A DNA stretch of 64,000 nt, taken from Azolla caroliniana. Lineage: Eukaryota; Plantae; Polypodiophyta. The stretch is taken from NCBI GenBank assembly GCA_043228905.1, contig JBHGNT010000002.1:22134001-22198000 (forward strand), given 5' to 3'. Shown piece by piece: positions 60,774 to 64,000 of this stretch. Both the position numbers and the translations under genes were made by a program. Every line of letters starts with the position of its first letter. Position 1 is the stretch's first letter. Below the pieces are notes generated by a model. That model saw nothing but the letters and a program-made list of their open reading frames with translations. It was not told where the DNA came from and did not search any database.

Positions 60774-63387
60774 GCTCTTCATCGATGACTTTTCTAGGCA
60801 CACTTGGATCTATCCGATGCGGCAAAAGGGCGAAGTGTTTGGACACTTCCAATAATTCAAGAATGAAGTCGAGAAAGCCACGGGCCGACATGTATGTTGT
60901 CTTCGATCGGATGGCAGCAAGGAGTACTTCTCGGACGATTTCACGACGTATCTCCGAAAGGAAGGAATTCGGCGAGAATTCACTTGCCGACACACTCCGC
61001 AACAAAACGGGGTAGCCGAGCGCAAATATCGGCACATCCTCGAAGTAGCGCGGACAATGATGAATGAGAAGCATATGCCCATGTCTTATTGGGCCGAAGC
61101 TGCAAATACGACCGTCTACCTAATGTACCGGTGCACAACATCCGGCGTGCACGAGGTCACTCAGCACGAAAGATTCTTTGGAAAGAAGCCGAACCTATCA
61201 CATGTTCGGATATTCGGCTCCATTGCGTACGTGCACATCCTTGACGAGAAGCGTCAAAAGCTCGACCCGAAGTCGGAGAAATGTATCCTCGTAGGATACT
61301 CACTGGAGCAAAAGGGGTACAAGTGCTACAACCCCTCCACTCGAAAATCTCAAGTAAGTCGAGACGTCGTTTTTGACGATTCCGCATCCTGGTACGCACC
61401 AGAGACAACTTTGACTCCGACTCCGACTCCGCTCGACTCGAAATCCACCGAACAAGAGATAGAGGATGAAGATCGCCTTATGTGCATGTTCGAAGAAAGT
61501 CTGATCACGACCCGACTGAGCGAACCACAAGAGCCTTTGAGCGATCAAAGCACATCATGACCTAGCCCGAAGATGGACAAAGGCAAGTAAAAAATGGCGG
61601 AATATGCAGACGATCACTTCGACGACGATGCATCGACTCACTCACTTGACAGTGAGTTCGGCGGCTTCAATGTACCAATTGGAGCTAAGAAAGCCCTCAT
61701 CTCTACAAATGAAAAGCTCCGTCGCTCCACCCGTGAAAAGAATCCGGTTAGCCAATTCGGCTACAATGACTACATGGCATATCACTATGCCTTTATGATG
61801 AAGGTGGCGACAGTACGCAAGCTGGAAACATTCTCCGAAGCAGCCAAGGATCCGCGATGGATCGAAGCCATGAACGAGGAGATGCAGGCACTACGCAAGA
61901 ATGAGATGTGGGATATCGTTCCCATCTCACCACACAAAAAGGCGATCGGATGTAGATGGATTTACAAAGTGAAGTACAATGCCGACGGCTCCGTCAACCG
62001 CTACAAAGCGCGACTTGTAGCGAAAGGCTGCACCCAAATGCATGGAGTTGACTACGAGGAGACCTTTGCCCCGGTGGCAAAGATGACGACGGTACGGACC
62101 GTAATTGCGCTTGTCGCTGCGAAAGGGTGGCACCTCCATCAAATGGACGTCAAGAACACCTTTCTACAAGGCGAATTAGAAGAGGAGGTGTACATGATAC
62201 AACCACCCGGCTTCAAATCGAGCATTCATCCAAAAGCCGTATGCCAACTCAAGAAGCCACTCTACGGCCTCAAGCAAGCACCGTGTGCTTGGCATTCGAA
62301 GATAACACAATATCTTCATCAAATTGGCTTCCGTATGTCAAAATCGGACAACTCCCTCTACATACGAAGTGATTCCACAAGTCCGATCGTCATCATTTTA
62401 TATGTGGATGACCTAGTCATTGGAGGTGAGCATCTCGTCGAAATCAATAAAGTCAAATCCTTCCTTTCCGACAAGTTTGAGATGACGGACATGAAGGAGC
62501 TCCACTACTTCCTCGACATCGAGGTAATTCGGACTCCGGCCGGAATCATGATCTCTCAACGGCACTACATCCTCAACTTGTTATACAAGTTTGGGATGGC
62601 TGAGTGCAAATCCGCGGCAACCCTGCTCGATCGCAATCTCAAACTAGATGCGAACTCTGGCACCAAAGCGTGTGAGCCGACTCAGTATCGGCAACTCATC
62701 GGGAGTCTCATCTACCTCACGATCACACGACCTGATCTCAGTTATCCGGTCGGTCTCCTTAGCCAATTCATGCAAACAGCGCGTGATACTCACTTGGATT
62801 GCGCTAAGCGAGTCCTACGCTACGTGAGCGGCACAATGGATTGCGACATCCTCTACAAGACCGTGATGCCAATACGACTCGAGGGGTACACAGACGCCGA
62901 TTGGGCCGGCTACAACGCTGATAGAAGATCAACCTCCGGATTTGTTTTCTCCCTCGGCAACGGAGCAATATCCTGGAGTAGTAAGAAGCAGCCTACCGTC
63001 GCTCTTTCGAGTACGGAGGCGGAATACAGGGGCGCAGCTGTAGCTGCGTGTGAAGCCGTATGGCTCAAGAGGATTTTGAAGGATCTGGGTGTACCCATCA
63101 AGGATTTGACTTCCCTTTACTGCGACAACATGAGCAGTATCTATTTGGTTCGGAACCCGGTGTTCTACGCGCGGACAAAGCACATCGAAGTGCACTATCA
63201 CTTCATCCGAGAGCGCGTTCTGGCTGGCGATGTCGACCTACAACACATTAGCACCAATCTTCAAACGGCCGACATCTTCACTAAAGCCTTAGGAGCCGAC
63301 AAGCTATGGCAATTCATGACCGATCTCGGATTGACGATCCCTGACCTGCCAAGCTTGAGGGGGAGTATTGAAGACACTACGCAATAA
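60774..63387 (+). pseudogene. Copia integrase core, RT and RNase H
   Basis: LFIDDFSR, TPQQNGVAER, YKARLVAKG, QMDVKNTFL, LYGLKQAP, LYVDD, YTDADWAG, SSTEAEY, ADIFTKAL. RT-RH (61594-63387) is still open; stops at 61558 and 61588. Confidence 0.95.
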
Positions 63388-63648
63388 CGCGTAGATTCGG
63401 CAACCACGCAACGAAGCAGCGAAGAGCCGATCTACCGCGCAAAGCCGCGAAGAAAGACGCAAGCCGAAGCATAGACTTCGCAACTACGCACGCAAGACGA
63501 ACCACAAACTTCGTAACTATGCACAATGCAAGTTGGAGCACGGATTCCGCAACTCCGCATAAAGCGAGTTGACGCGGACTCTAGAATGTGAGTTGAAGCG
63601 GATTTCGGATACCGTCTGAAACCGACCCGACTTGAGCTTGAGGGGGCG

Positions 63649-63931
63649 TGTTGAGAATCAATCTCAACTTGGTCTAGTGTGTGAACTCACCTTGAGAGTG
63701 AAGAGACACTCCAACGGTCAAGAGTCACAATTATGTCACCACTTTGTATTCTAGCATTTAGTATGAGTCATAGAATCATATTCTATGACACATAACTTAT
63801 GAGCTTTCACATTCCCCATTCTCCATGAGTCTTGTAGTTAATGGAGAGAGAGGGTGACTACATAAAGCACCCTCCTCCCACCTTGTATAATGTTGAGTCT
63901 TTCTCCTTTGTTAATATACTTAACCTTGCGT

Positions 63932-63976
<45 letters not shown>

Positions 63977-64000
63977 CACACACACACACACACACACACA
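63649..64000 (+). repeat. Copia 3' LTR (truncated by window end)
   Basis: Five substitutions versus the 5' LTR over the first ~287 bp; expanded (CT)n. Confidence 0.95.

Larger units (their letters stand above)
47093..64000 (+). mobile_element. Ty1/copia LTR retrotransposon, defective, split by element B; 3' LTR runs off the window
   Basis: 5' LTR 47093-47486 (TGTTGAGA...TTTACA), PBS TGGAATCAGAGC 47487-47498 (tRNA-iMet type), gag-PR-IN-RT-RH order, PPT ~63633-63648, 3' LTR from 63649. Confidence 0.95.

Overview
Eukaryotic, intron-containing plant DNA. The Tcn1-like chromovirus, the RTE-X-like LINE and the tRNA-Trp-primed Gypsy point to a non-seed land plant (fern, lycophyte or bryophyte); this is inference only. 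The left 42 kb holds three spliced genes: a DUF760/UV-B-induced plastid protein (-), a 31-coding-exon FGAM synthase PurL/PUR4 (+) with a LINE in intron 23, and an atypical CDPK-family kinase (-). The kinase has no EF hands, a Ser-rich insertion in the kinase domain, and a C-tail resembling a degenerate pepsin/TAXi_C lobe. These genes sit among AT-rich transposon debris, a Mutator-like MITE, a 5 x ~200 bp tandem array, tRNA relics and microsatellites. The right 22 kb is a four-level nest of LTR retrotransposons: chromovirus A (-) > Copia (+) > tRNA-Trp-primed Gypsy B (+) > Gag-only element C (-). C shares PBS, PPT, LTR termini, TATA block and 4-bp TSD length with B. It has inserted into B's gag and encodes one intact 984-aa repeat-expanded Gag without a zinc knuckle, so B and C are a candidate helper/parasite pair. 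All coordinates, splice sites and mismatch counts were read by eye and need computational confirmation.
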